A model generated the notes under the pieces. The model was not told the DNA's origin. It worked only from the letters and a program-made list of their open reading frames with translations, and did no database searches. The translations under genes were made by a program, and so were the position numbers. A DNA stretch of 64,000 nt from Chloroflexota bacterium (GTDB taxonomy: Bacteria > Chloroflexota > Dormibacteria > Dormibacterales > Dormibacteraceae), in contig VBDR01000037.1 of NCBI GenBank assembly GCA_005882135.1, positions 23,595-87,594 of the forward strand, written 5' to 3'. Below are positions 26,502 through 35,474 of the stretch, piece after piece; position 1 is the first letter of the stretch; every line of letters starts with the position of its first letter.

Positions 26502-27301
26502 GCGCGGTCGCCGCACTGAACGTCACGGCCTCCATCGCGCCGATGCTTGCCCGGCAGTCTTACGCGGAGTTCGTCAAGCTCTTCCGAGTCCCGGCATTCA
26601 GCGTCACGAGCATCGTGCTGCCTTCGATGTTCTACGCCTTCATCGGGCTCGGCCAGGCCAGCGAACCTCTATATCCAGGCTCCAGCGTGACCTTCGGCGC
26701 TTACTTCCTGGCCTCGATGGCGCTTTATGGCGTCGCCAACGTGATGGTCCTGGGCTTTGGCATCTCGCTCGCCAACGAGCGCGGCCAGAAGCAGGACCTG
26801 CTGATGAAATCGACACCGCTTCCGGCACCGGTGTTTTTCACGGCCAAAGCCGCGTCGGCGCTCGCCATCGCGCTCATCTCGATCATCGTCCTCGGCTTGT
26901 TTGCGGCCGTGGTGGCGGGGGTGCAGCTCAGCGCGTCCCAATGGCTGACCCTAGGTTGGCGCGCCATGCTGTGCTCGATACCGTTCATCGGCCTTGGCTT
27001 TGCGCTCGGTTATCTTGCGGGTCCGAACTCGGCGCCCGCGGTGACCAACCTCATCTACCTGCCCACGGCATTCGCGTCAGGCCTTTTCTTCCCGCTCCGG
27101 CTGCTGCCGCACTTCTTGCAGCAGATCGCACCCTACCTGCCTCTTTACCGAGCCGCACAGCTGGTGTGGGATTCAGTCGGTGCGCGGACTGAGGGAGGAA
27201 GCATCACCACGGATTGGTTCTACATGGGCGCCTATGCGGTGGCGTTCTTCCTGATTGCGCTCTGGGCGTACCGGCGCGACCAGGGCCGTAAGTTCAACTA
27301 G
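26498..27301 (+). CDS. ABC-2 type transporter permease
   Basis: Six TM helices. GTGA overlap with the ATPase gene. Confidence 0.8.
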   Translation: MSAVAALNVTASIAPMLARQSYAEFVKLFRVPAFSVTSIVLPSMFYAFIGLGQASEPLYPGSSVTFGAYFLASMALYGVANVMVLGFGISLANERGQKQDLLMKSTPLPAPVFFTAKAASALAIALISIIVLGLFAAVVAGVQLSASQWLTLGWRAMLCSIPFIGLGFALGYLAGPNSAPAVTNLIYLPTAFASGLFFPLRLLPHFLQQIAPYLPLYRAAQLVWDSVGARTEGGSITTDWFYMGAYAVAFFLIALWAYRRDQGRKFN

Positions 27302-28254
27302 TCCCGCGCCCAGAAGCGGTCCGGCAGGTCCACGCCAAACGCCTCGCGGTAGCGCGCATGGAACTCCTCGTGGGTGTGGTGGTGCTCGATCGTGCCGACG
27401 TGCTCGACCGCGTAGGTCGCGGCGAGCGATGCCACCCGACCTGCCGCGGCGAGGTCGAGGCCTCGCAGAAGACCGGCCACCAGGCCGGAGCGATAGGCGT
27501 CGCCGGCTCCGGTCGGGTCCTCCTCGTGCGCTGCCGGTGCGCATGGGATCTCCACCGATTCGTCGCGGGTTTGGATACGCGAACCGTGGCGACCAAGGGT
27601 CGTGACCACGACCTGGGACACCTCTAGCAATCCATTGATGTCGCGGTTCGTGCGCTCCTGGATGAGCTCGAGCTCGTAGTCGTTGCCGATCACGATCCAG
27701 GCCCCGCGGGCGCCGTCCATGACGTCCTCGGCGGCCATCATCGGCAGCTGGTGCGCGGGGTCGAAGACAAAGCGCACGCCCCGATCGCGGCACTCGGCGA
27801 CGAGCCTTTTCATGGCGCCAGGATCGTTGGGCCCGACGATCACCGCCTCGACGTTTGGGGGCCCGTCGTCGAGGCCGAGCATCGCCGCCCGCCACATCGC
27901 GCCGCCGTAGTAACCGGTGAGCTGGTTGTCATCCATGTCCGTGGTCGTGAATCCCGTCGCGCTCAGCTCACCTTCGAGGAGCCGCAGCCCGCGGCAGTCG
28001 ACGCCATGGGCCGCGAGCCAGTCCCGATACTCGGCCGCGTCATTGCCCGCGGTGGCCAAAACCGCCGAGGGATAACCGAGCAGGGCAAGGTTGTAGGCGT
28101 AATTGCCGGCGACGCCACCCTTTCGCTTCTGCAGGTCGTCGACCAGGAAGCTGAGGTTCAGGATGTGCGTTTTGTCGAGAAGGATGTGGTCCTTGAAACG
28201 TCCCTTGAACGTGAGGATGTAGTCGTAGGCGATCGAACCAGTGCACAGGACCAT
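27298..28254 (-). CDS. PfkB-family kinase, mycobacterial adenosine kinase (AdoK)-like
   Basis: The N-terminus CTGSIAYDYILTFKGRFKDHIL...LNLSFLVDDLQKRKGGVAGN parallels the Rv2202c-type AdoK as I recall it. C-terminal DPTGAGDAY motif. Confidence 0.75.
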   Translation of the reverse strand: MVLCTGSIAYDYILTFKGRFKDHILLDKTHILNLSFLVDDLQKRKGGVAGNYAYNLALLGYPSAVLATAGNDAAEYRDWLAAHGVDCRGLRLLEGELSATGFTTTDMDDNQLTGYYGGAMWRAAMLGLDDGPPNVEAVIVGPNDPGAMKRLVAECRDRGVRFVFDPAHQLPMMAAEDVMDGARGAWIVIGNDYELELIQERTNRDINGLLEVSQVVVTTLGRHGSRIQTRDESVEIPCAPAAHEEDPTGAGDAYRSGLVAGLLRGLDLAAAGRVASLAATYAVEHVGTIEHHHTHEEFHARYREAFGVDLPDRFWARD

Positions 28255-28289
28255 CGGTTGCTCCGATCGCGAAGGCTACCCGAAAACAG

Positions 28290-28324
28290 AAAGGGCGCCC
28301 CGGCCTTTGAGAGGGGCGCCCTTT
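28290..28324 (-). terminator. Intrinsic terminator of the adnAB-containing operon
   Basis: Perfect 12-bp stem (AAAGGGCGCCCC / GGGGCGCCCTTT) with an 11-nt loop. On the minus strand it is followed by CTGTTTTCG. It lies 16 nt downstream of the stop at 28340. Confidence 0.8.
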
Positions 28325-28339
28325 GGCGAGTGCTCTCCG

Positions 28340-28801
28340 TTAGGCGGCGCGGCTGCGGGACGGGCGGCGGCGCGCCCGGCGTGCGGCCGGCCTGCTTTGC
28401 GTCACCCGGTGAGCGGTGAGCTCGCTCGCCTGCTCGAGCCGCGTCGCGGTTCGGGCGATGGTCTTGAACGATCCGTTGAAGATCCGCAGGGTTCGCTTGG
28501 CGACGCCGCCGACCATGTCGTGGCGCCGTGCCTGCACCTTGACGAGCTGGAGGCCCTTGACGGCGATCTTCTCGGGCAGCTTGCCGTTGACCTCGAGGCC
28601 AAAGACCGTGACCCTGTCGGGGATCATGGCGTTCAGGCGCCGATTGATCCTGCGTACGGCCGGTGTGCCCTTGCGCTCGAAGCTCCGCACCTGCTTGCGC
28701 GCCGAGCCGACCGGGTCGGACACCACTTCGGCCGCGGACTTGGCGGCGCCGACTGCGACTTCCTCCACCGCGGTTGCGGTGCCGGCAAATTCAGCGTTCA
28801 T
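28340..28801 (-). CDS. Hypothetical protein with a strongly basic C-terminal tail
   Basis: 153 aa. GAGGAGG lies 9 nt upstream of the ATG. The tail reads RPAARRARRRPSRSRAA. I recognise no family. Confidence 0.6.
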   Translation of the reverse strand: MNAEFAGTATAVEEVAVGAAKSAAEVVSDPVGSARKQVRSFERKGTPAVRRINRRLNAMIPDRVTVFGLEVNGKLPEKIAVKGLQLVKVQARRHDMVGGVAKRTLRIFNGSFKTIARTATRLEQASELTAHRVTQSRPAARRARRRPSRSRAA

Positions 28802-28847
28802 CTGGTCAGACCTCCTCAGACTTCATGACGCAGCATAACGCGCTGCG

Positions 28848-29156
28848 TCAATCGCTGTCAAGGGCCGGCCTGAGTCTTTGGATCAGGGCTTCCGCCGGAG
28901 GCCCGAACACGTCGTAATGAGCCACCTTGCGCCGCTTCTCGGGCTGGATCCATTCAGGTCGCAAGCCGTGAAGCCGGCCCCACTCCTGCAGCACCGGACG
29001 CAGGCCGATCACGTGGAGAAAGGGCTTCTCCCGCCGCATCCCGCGGATCGTGGATCCGTGATACGAGTCGAAATTGCGGTGAACCGCGATACCGCCCGCT
29101 TCCGCGAACGCGATCGCCTCCTTGATGTGTCGCCGCTCAAAGTACTTTTCGCGCAT
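28848..29156 (-). CDS. DUF4031-like small protein
   Basis: The internal ATG 29156 gives a 102-aa protein. PFLHVIG...LHGLRPEWIQPEKRRKVAHYDVFGPPAEALI resembles the DUF4031 core (...W.....HYD...). It overlaps the adnB-like 3' end by 20 nt. Confidence 0.5.
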   Translation of the reverse strand: MREKYFERRHIKEAIAFAEAGGIAVHRNFDSYHGSTIRGMRREKPFLHVIGLRPVLQEWGRLHGLRPEWIQPEKRRKVAHYDVFGPPAEALIQRLRPALDSD

Positions 29157-32100
29157 CGCTGCAGATGGGACGGTAGGCGCATAGCGAGCACGGCCGCTGC
29201 GCATGCTCCGGTCCGAGCTGGAAGTCGCCCGCCTCGATGCGTTTCGACGCGGCCTGGACGCGCGCCTCGACGAGCGCATCATCGCCAGCGATCTCGTGCT
29301 GCTCACCGCGACGTATGTCGAAGAGGATGAGCCTCGGTTCGCGACCTCCGGGCAGTAGACCGCGACGCGCCGCCAGGCCGTAGATCCGCAGCTGCAGCGA
29401 ATAAGCCGCCATCAGCGCGGCATCGAGGCTGGCGTTCGTCTTGAAATCGATGAGCGCGGTGCCGCCGTCGAGCTCGCACACGCGGTCGACGAGGCCGCTG
29501 ACCCGAGCCCTGCCGATGGCCATGTTGAACCCCGCTTCGACCGCCAGGGTCCGAGCTCCGGCGAGCGGGTGGGCAAGATACCGCGTGAGCATCTCGCGGC
29601 CCGCCTCAGGGCCGCGATACAGATCGAGCAGACTGCCGCCGGTGTTGTGCCACGCCGCGAGCGCCTCGTGGACGGCGGCGCCGAGCTCCGTCGAACCCAC
29701 CGCCTGGACGTGGCGAGGCTGCAGCTCGTCGGGCGGAGCGGGCACGGCCCATACCTGCGCGAATCGATAGCGCACGGGGCATACCTCGAAGTCGTGCAGC
29801 TGCGAAAAGCTGAGCGCCACCTTCGCCGGCGTCGCCGGCGGGGGCGCGGAGGTGGCCGGCTGAATCATCTCCAGCCGATCCAGCACCGCGGCCGCCACGG
29901 ATCGGTCATCCGGGACCTGGCCGTTGGCCACCCGCGGGACCGGCAGCTCGAGCTGCTCCGCCTCGACCACGGCCGCGGATTCGGGATGCGCGAGCGCCCA
30001 GCTGAGGATCTCGGCGAAGTGGTCATGTTCCTCGAGCCCATTGGCGCCCACCTCGTGCGCGGAAGGCTCCTCCCTGGTGGCCGTCACGAAAAGCGAGTCC
30101 TTCGCGCGCGTGAGGCCGACGTAGACGATCCGCCTGCGCTCACCGATGGCCAGCGCCACCGCGGGCGCGCCTGGCGAGGTGTCGACGTAGTGAGGATGCT
30201 TCTCGCCGCGCCAGTTCTTCATCACAAAACCCATGTTGTCGGGATCGAAGAACAGCCGCTCAGTGTCGCGCGGCCGCGGCGGGCGCAGGTTGACGAGGAA
30301 CACGATCGGAAACTCGAGCCCTTTGGCGGCGTGGATCGTGAGCAGCGACACCGCCTCCGCGCCCGCGGCCTCTTCGGCTGCCTCGCCGACCGGCAGCTCG
30401 GCGTCGATGACCTGGTCCAGGTGGCGCACGAAGTCGCCGATACCGGCGAGCGCGAGGTCGCGCTCGAAGCGCCCCGCCAGCTGGAACACCTTGCGAAGGT
30501 TGAGCAGAGCGCGCGGGCTGCCGTCGCGCTGCGCGCGCAGCTCGGCCCAGCGCAGGTACCCGCTTTCCTCGAGCAGGCGGTTGAGGATGTCCGCGACTGT
30601 CAGCGCGTCGCGCAGCCGGCCGATGCGGTCGGTGAGCTCGACCAGGCGCGACGCCTGCTCCGCGACCTTCGGTTCCATCTCCGGGAATCCTTCGCGCATC
30701 GACTCGTCGAAGCAGTCGCGCAGCCGCATTCCCGATCTCTCGAAGCGTCTTGACGCAAGCCGGTACATGCCACGGTCGGAAAGCCTCACGATCGGACCCT
30801 GCAGGATGCGGACCAGGGCCCCATCGTCCATCGGGTTCTCGGTGAGCCGGAGCAGCCCCAGCACGTCCTTTATCTCCTGGCGATCGAAGAAGCCTGAGCC
30901 TCCGCTGGTGACGTATGGGATGCCCTGCCGGCGCAGCTCGTCCTCGAACTCGCGTGGGAGCATGCGGACCGAATGCGAAAGGACGGCGATCTCGCGAAAC
31001 ACGCGGCCGCTCACGTGCAGGCGCCGGATCGTTTCCGCGACGGAGCGGGCCTCCGTCCGCGAGTCGGGGGCCATCAGCACGCTGACAGCCCTTCCAGTTC
31101 CTCCGGCCCCTCGGGTGGCCACCAGGTCGGGCTCGGCTCCGAAGTCCGGGTCGCGGTGGATGAAGTCGGTCGCGCAGTCGAGGATGCCCTGGTAGGAGCG
31201 GCGGTTGTGTGTCAGGGGCAGCCGCCGGCCCGGAAAACGCGTGCGGATGTTGTCGATCTCCGCGTCGCGCCAGCCGTAGATCGACTGTTTGGCGTCGCCG
31301 ACCACGGTCACGTTTCCGAATCCGTCGGCCGCCGCCAGCCGGATGAAATCGAGCTGGATGCGGTTGGTGTCCTGGAACTCGTCCACGATCAGATAGCGAA
31401 AGCGCTCACGACAGCGGCGGCGGAACTCGGGCACACGCTCGAGAGCATCGATCACCTCGAGCAGCAGATCATCGAAGTCCCGCAATCCCTGCGCATGCAG
31501 GGCGTCCTCGTAGGAACGGTAGCTGGTGAACAGGACGTCGATGGCTTCAAGCTCAGCACGAGCTGGGTCCGGTCCGCCCGAGCCGTTGGGAGCGGGACGG
31601 CCGCTCCAGTGCTGGGCGTGCAGGTCGAGCGCGCGATGGCGGAATCGATCGGGGTTGATGCCGCGGCCCTTCAGCTTGAGCAGGAACCGCAGGCCCGAGC
31701 GCAGCAGGTCGTCGAGGTCTTCGACAGTCAGGGCGCTGAACGAGTCTGGGTCGAATGGGGCGGCGGCGCCGCTGCGCAGCCTCGCCATCAGCTCCTGCTC
31801 GAACAGCCGCTGCCCGGTCTCGTCGAGGACCCGCAGCTCGCGCGGCGCGCCAACCAGGTACGCGAACTCGTCCAGCAAGCGGGCGCAGACGCTGTGGAAG
31901 GTGCCGATCCACGCTCCGTCGAGGGCCTCTCTCGCATGGGTGCCCTGCGCGCGCCCGGGAATCAGATCCGGCCGCCGCGCTGACAGCTCCCTGGTGATGC
32001 GGACCCTCAACTCTTCGGCGGCGCGGTCGCTGAAGGTGACGGTCAGGATCTGGTCCGGAGCGACCCCCTGCTCGACGAGCCAGCAGAACCGCTCGGTGGC

Positions 32101-32220
32101 GGTGAACGTCTTGCCGGTTCCCGGCCCGGCCGCGATGAGGAACGCTCCCTGAGGCCCGGCGTGCGCGGCGGCGGCTTGCTCCCTGCTCAAGACCGGTCCG
32201 CCCACTCGCGTCGCGCTCAT
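29137..32220 (-). CDS. adnB: UvrD-type helicase fused to a C-terminal PD-(D/E)XK nuclease with a Cys cluster (AdnB-like subunit)
   Basis: Start at ATG 32220 (ATGA overlap). Walker A AGPGTGKT and motif II VDEFQD. C-terminal nuclease LIDFKTN, with CPVRY ... CSLCAYRPIC (4 Cys). Confidence 0.7.
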   Translation of the reverse strand: MSATRVGGPVLSREQAAAAHAGPQGAFLIAAGPGTGKTFTATERFCWLVEQGVAPDQILTVTFSDRAAEELRVRITRELSARRPDLIPGRAQGTHAREALDGAWIGTFHSVCARLLDEFAYLVGAPRELRVLDETGQRLFEQELMARLRSGAAAPFDPDSFSALTVEDLDDLLRSGLRFLLKLKGRGINPDRFRHRALDLHAQHWSGRPAPNGSGGPDPARAELEAIDVLFTSYRSYEDALHAQGLRDFDDLLLEVIDALERVPEFRRRCRERFRYLIVDEFQDTNRIQLDFIRLAAADGFGNVTVVGDAKQSIYGWRDAEIDNIRTRFPGRRLPLTHNRRSYQGILDCATDFIHRDPDFGAEPDLVATRGAGGTGRAVSVLMAPDSRTEARSVAETIRRLHVSGRVFREIAVLSHSVRMLPREFEDELRRQGIPYVTSGGSGFFDRQEIKDVLGLLRLTENPMDDGALVRILQGPIVRLSDRGMYRLASRRFERSGMRLRDCFDESMREGFPEMEPKVAEQASRLVELTDRIGRLRDALTVADILNRLLEESGYLRWAELRAQRDGSPRALLNLRKVFQLAGRFERDLALAGIGDFVRHLDQVIDAELPVGEAAEEAAGAEAVSLLTIHAAKGLEFPIVFLVNLRPPRPRDTERLFFDPDNMGFVMKNWRGEKHPHYVDTSPGAPAVALAIGERRRIVYVGLTRAKDSLFVTATREEPSAHEVGANGLEEHDHFAEILSWALAHPESAAVVEAEQLELPVPRVANGQVPDDRSVAAAVLDRLEMIQPATSAPPPATPAKVALSFSQLHDFEVCPVRYRFAQVWAVPAPPDELQPRHVQAVGSTELGAAVHEALAAWHNTGGSLLDLYRGPEAGREMLTRYLAHPLAGARTLAVEAGFNMAIGRARVSGLVDRVCELDGGTALIDFKTNASLDAALMAAYSLQLRIYGLAARRGLLPGGREPRLILFDIRRGEQHEIAGDDALVEARVQAASKRIEAGDFQLGPEHAQRPCSLCAYRPICSDARKVL

Positions 32221-35200
32221 TCGGGTGGGGCCCCACCATACGGGCACACCGCCGAGTGCGGGCAGGTGCCAAAGCGGGTCACACAGGTGCCCGGGAGCTC
32301 GCGCGGTGCAGGCTCGAAATGGCCCGCCTTGATGCGCTCGATCGCGGTCACGACCACGGCGCGGCTGCGCTCGAGGTCCTCGGCCGTGAGAGGCTTCTCG
32401 CGATATTCCTTGAGCCCCGCGGGCCGGCCGATGCTGAAGATGTCCTGCCGCATGCCGCCCCAGACCCAGTCCTTCGGGTACCACAGGGAGAGGAATCGCG
32501 GCTGAAAGCCAAGCGGTTTGCCCTCCTCGTCGACGCCCTCCTTGCACGCGAGGTAGTAGAGCGCCAGCTGCACGTCATGCAGCTCGGCCCCGAAGTACAT
32601 GTCATACGCGAAGCGCATCGGCTTGCCGGATCCGGTCTTGTAGTCGACCACCTCGACCTCGCCGTCGCCGACATCGTTGACGCGGTCGATCTTGCCGACC
32701 ACGGCCGCGCCATCGATCTGCAGACGGAAGCGCTTCTCAACCGCAAGCGTGCGCAGGCGGCGGATGAACTGCATTCCGGTGATCGACCGGATGTAGTTGC
32801 CGAGGAGCGAGCGGACCTGCCTTTCCTCGCGCTTGCGGTCAAGCACGCCCTCCATGCGCGAGAGGTATCCGTCGAGGTGTCGCTGCAGGGCTGCTTCAAG
32901 CCACTGCCGCTGCTGTTCCGCTTCGAGCGGGCGCCATTCCTCCTCCTGCTCGTGGAAGTCCTGCAGCACCTCGTGCAGAAAGCCGCCGCGCTCCATGGCC
33001 ACCGAGCGCGGCTCCTCGACCAACCCTGGGTGGTGGTTGTACCAGTAGAGCCGCGGGCATTTCAGGTAGTTGTTGAGCGTGGTCGGGCTGAAGTGGTCGA
33101 TCTCCACGGTTTCGGGGTTGCGTCCAACCCCGTACGGCTCGAAAGGCTCACCTGCATCGGCATCGGTGAGGAAGGCGACGTCGAGGCCCAGGGTGCCGGC
33201 GCGAGCGAGCGTGGCTTGATTGAGCGCAGTCGGATGCGATGCGAGCAACACCTCGGCCTCTCGCGTCAGCAGGACGTCGGCCGGCTCCAACCGAGAGGAG
33301 GCCCTGGTCAGCTCGCGCACCTCGGCGTCCGGCTGGGCGAGGTCCAGAAAGACGGAGCGTCCCGCCTGGCGCAGGTAAGCATCAGCGTAGGTCACGTACA
33401 GGCGTCGTCGAGCGCGCGTCATGGCCACGAACGCGAGACGGGCCTCCTCGGCGAGATGGCCATCGGGGTCGGACGGCCACGACGGCATGAATCCGACCTT
33501 GAAGCGCTCGAGCCACGCACGGTCTTCGACGTCGAGCAGGGGGTGCGGTCTCGCCTCGAGCGGGAAGAGGCCGTGCGCGAATCCGGAGCAGAAAACGACC
33601 TCGAACTCCAGGCCCTTGGCCTGGTGGACGGTCATGACCTGGACCGCGTCGCGGTGCCCCGAGGCTGCTTCCGTGTCGTCAGCCGCAGACACCAGAAGGC
33701 TTTCCAGCGAGCCGCTGATGTCCGCGAGCAGTGGCTTTGATCCATGCAGTCGCTCATGCACGACCTCGATCGACTCGAGGCCTTCGATCGCCGCGCGCAG
33801 GTCGGCGATCGCCTCCGCCCGCTGGCCGGCGGGAAGCTCGAGGTCGAGCAGGCGGCGCATCGCGCCGTCTTGCATGAGCACGGAATAGGCGAGGCCGGCG
33901 AGCGGCAGCCTGCGCGCCAGACCCAGGAGCCGATCGCGCGCCTGCATCGCCCTGTAGAGTCCGTCGATCTCTTCCTCGCTCAGGAAGGGCATGAAATCGG
34001 GCTCTGGACGCACCTCGGCCGGAGCCGGAGCCGATTCACCCCACGGCAAGGGGTATCGCTGCGAATCTCGTGCCGCGAGCGCGTACATCACGCGATCGAC
34101 CACTTTCTTGAGCGGCCGGCCCCGTTCCAGCGCGTGCGCGCGAAGCCGGCTCACCGTGCGAGCGCCGACGCCGCCGAGGCTCGAGGACAAAGCACTCTCG
34201 AATGCGTCCGGGTCGTCCGGCCGGCGGAGCGATTCGAGATAGCCGATCAAGAACCTAACCACCTCGTTGCGCGCGGTCGCGCCCCAACCTCGGACCTCGT
34301 AGGGCAGGCCGAGCGCCCTCAGCGCTTCCTCGAACGGGCCGCCCAGCGCCGTCGTGCTCCGGAGCACGATCGCAAAGTCACGAAGACGCAGGTCCGGCCA
34401 CTCCGAGCGCAGGCGTTTGATCTCGCGAGCGGCGAAGAACGCCTCGTCGACCGGATCGCCCTCGCGCGCCACCACCACCGCGGGCCGCCGGTGTGATCCC
34501 TCGGCATGCAGGCCTCGCGGTGAGCGGCCGGGCTGCGTCGCGGCCAGCAAACGCTCGCCCGCGTCCAGCACCTCCTGGGAGCAGCGGCGGCACGCCGCGA
34601 GGTGGCGGGTCGAGGCACCATAGGTGGCCTCAAAGTCGTGGCTGAGCAGTCGCGGGACGGTCCCGCGGAAGCCGTAAATCGATTGGTCCGGGTCACCCAC
34701 CACGACGAGCCGGGGGCGAGATTCGGGCGGAGCGATCAGCCGCAGCAGCTCAAACTGCGCCGGGTCGACATCCTGAAACTCGTCCACGAGCACGAGCCGG
34801 AACCTGGAGCGCAGCCGCTCGCACAGCGCGGGCGACGACTGCAGCAGCTCGATGGTGCCCGAGATGAGGTCGCGGAAGTCAACGAGCCGGACCTCGCGCA
34901 TGCGCTGCTGGTACGCCTGGTAGACCACGGCCAGCACCCGCAGCCGCTCGCCGGCGCTTGCCTCGGCCGCTAGCTGGAGCGCCGCGGGGTGGACAAGGTT
35001 TTGCTTCATCAAGGCGACGAAGGCAAGCAGGTCGTGGGCAAAAGCGTCGGACCTGCGAACGCCGTCGAGCGGGCCAAGTGCGGCCGGATCGAGGTCCGCC
35101 AGGACCTTGCGCATCACGATCCACTCCTGAATCCCGTTGACCAGCAGCCGCTCGCGATCGGGCGCGTTGTCGCGCAGGACTCGGGCGCAGAAGCTGTGGA

Positions 35201-35390
35201 ACGTGGAGATCCACGCCTCGCCGTAGTCGTCTTGCAGACGTTCGTCGATCCGGCGCGCGATCTCCCCGGCCGCGCTCGTGGAGAAAGTGAGGACCAGGAT
35301 CTGATCGCGAGCGGCCACGCCCGAGCGCACCGCCTGCTCGTACAGGTCGACGAGCGCGTGCGTTTTGCCCGTGCCCGGTCCGGCCAGCAC
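32217..35390 (-). CDS. adnA: UvrD-type helicase fused to a C-terminal PD-(D/E)XK nuclease with a Cys cluster (AdnA-like subunit); true 5' end unresolved (frame open to 35474)
   Basis: Walker A AGPGTGKT and VDEFQD. Nuclease motifs IDRV...VVDYKTG, with CPRLY ... CVTRFGTCPHSAVC. The first canonical start (GTG 35390) lies downstream of the encoded Q motif. Confidence 0.7.
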   Translation of the reverse strand: MLAGPGTGKTHALVDLYEQAVRSGVAARDQILVLTFSTSAAGEIARRIDERLQDDYGEAWISTFHSFCARVLRDNAPDRERLLVNGIQEWIVMRKVLADLDPAALGPLDGVRRSDAFAHDLLAFVALMKQNLVHPAALQLAAEASAGERLRVLAVVYQAYQQRMREVRLVDFRDLISGTIELLQSSPALCERLRSRFRLVLVDEFQDVDPAQFELLRLIAPPESRPRLVVVGDPDQSIYGFRGTVPRLLSHDFEATYGASTRHLAACRRCSQEVLDAGERLLAATQPGRSPRGLHAEGSHRRPAVVVAREGDPVDEAFFAAREIKRLRSEWPDLRLRDFAIVLRSTTALGGPFEEALRALGLPYEVRGWGATARNEVVRFLIGYLESLRRPDDPDAFESALSSSLGGVGARTVSRLRAHALERGRPLKKVVDRVMYALAARDSQRYPLPWGESAPAPAEVRPEPDFMPFLSEEEIDGLYRAMQARDRLLGLARRLPLAGLAYSVLMQDGAMRRLLDLELPAGQRAEAIADLRAAIEGLESIEVVHERLHGSKPLLADISGSLESLLVSAADDTEAASGHRDAVQVMTVHQAKGLEFEVVFCSGFAHGLFPLEARPHPLLDVEDRAWLERFKVGFMPSWPSDPDGHLAEEARLAFVAMTRARRRLYVTYADAYLRQAGRSVFLDLAQPDAEVRELTRASSRLEPADVLLTREAEVLLASHPTALNQATLARAGTLGLDVAFLTDADAGEPFEPYGVGRNPETVEIDHFSPTTLNNYLKCPRLYWYNHHPGLVEEPRSVAMERGGFLHEVLQDFHEQEEEWRPLEAEQQRQWLEAALQRHLDGYLSRMEGVLDRKREERQVRSLLGNYIRSITGMQFIRRLRTLAVEKRFRLQIDGAAVVGKIDRVNDVGDGEVEVVDYKTGSGKPMRFAYDMYFGAELHDVQLALYYLACKEGVDEEGKPLGFQPRFLSLWYPKDWVWGGMRQDIFSIGRPAGLKEYREKPLTAEDLERSRAVVVTAIERIKAGHFEPAPRELPGTCVTRFGTCPHSAVCPYGGAPPE

Positions 35391-35474
35391 GCGGAGGGGT
35401 CCGGCTATCTGATCTAGTGCGAATTCCTGGGTATCGAGCGTTCTGGGTCTCCCGGAGTGGCGCGGGCGACCTGA

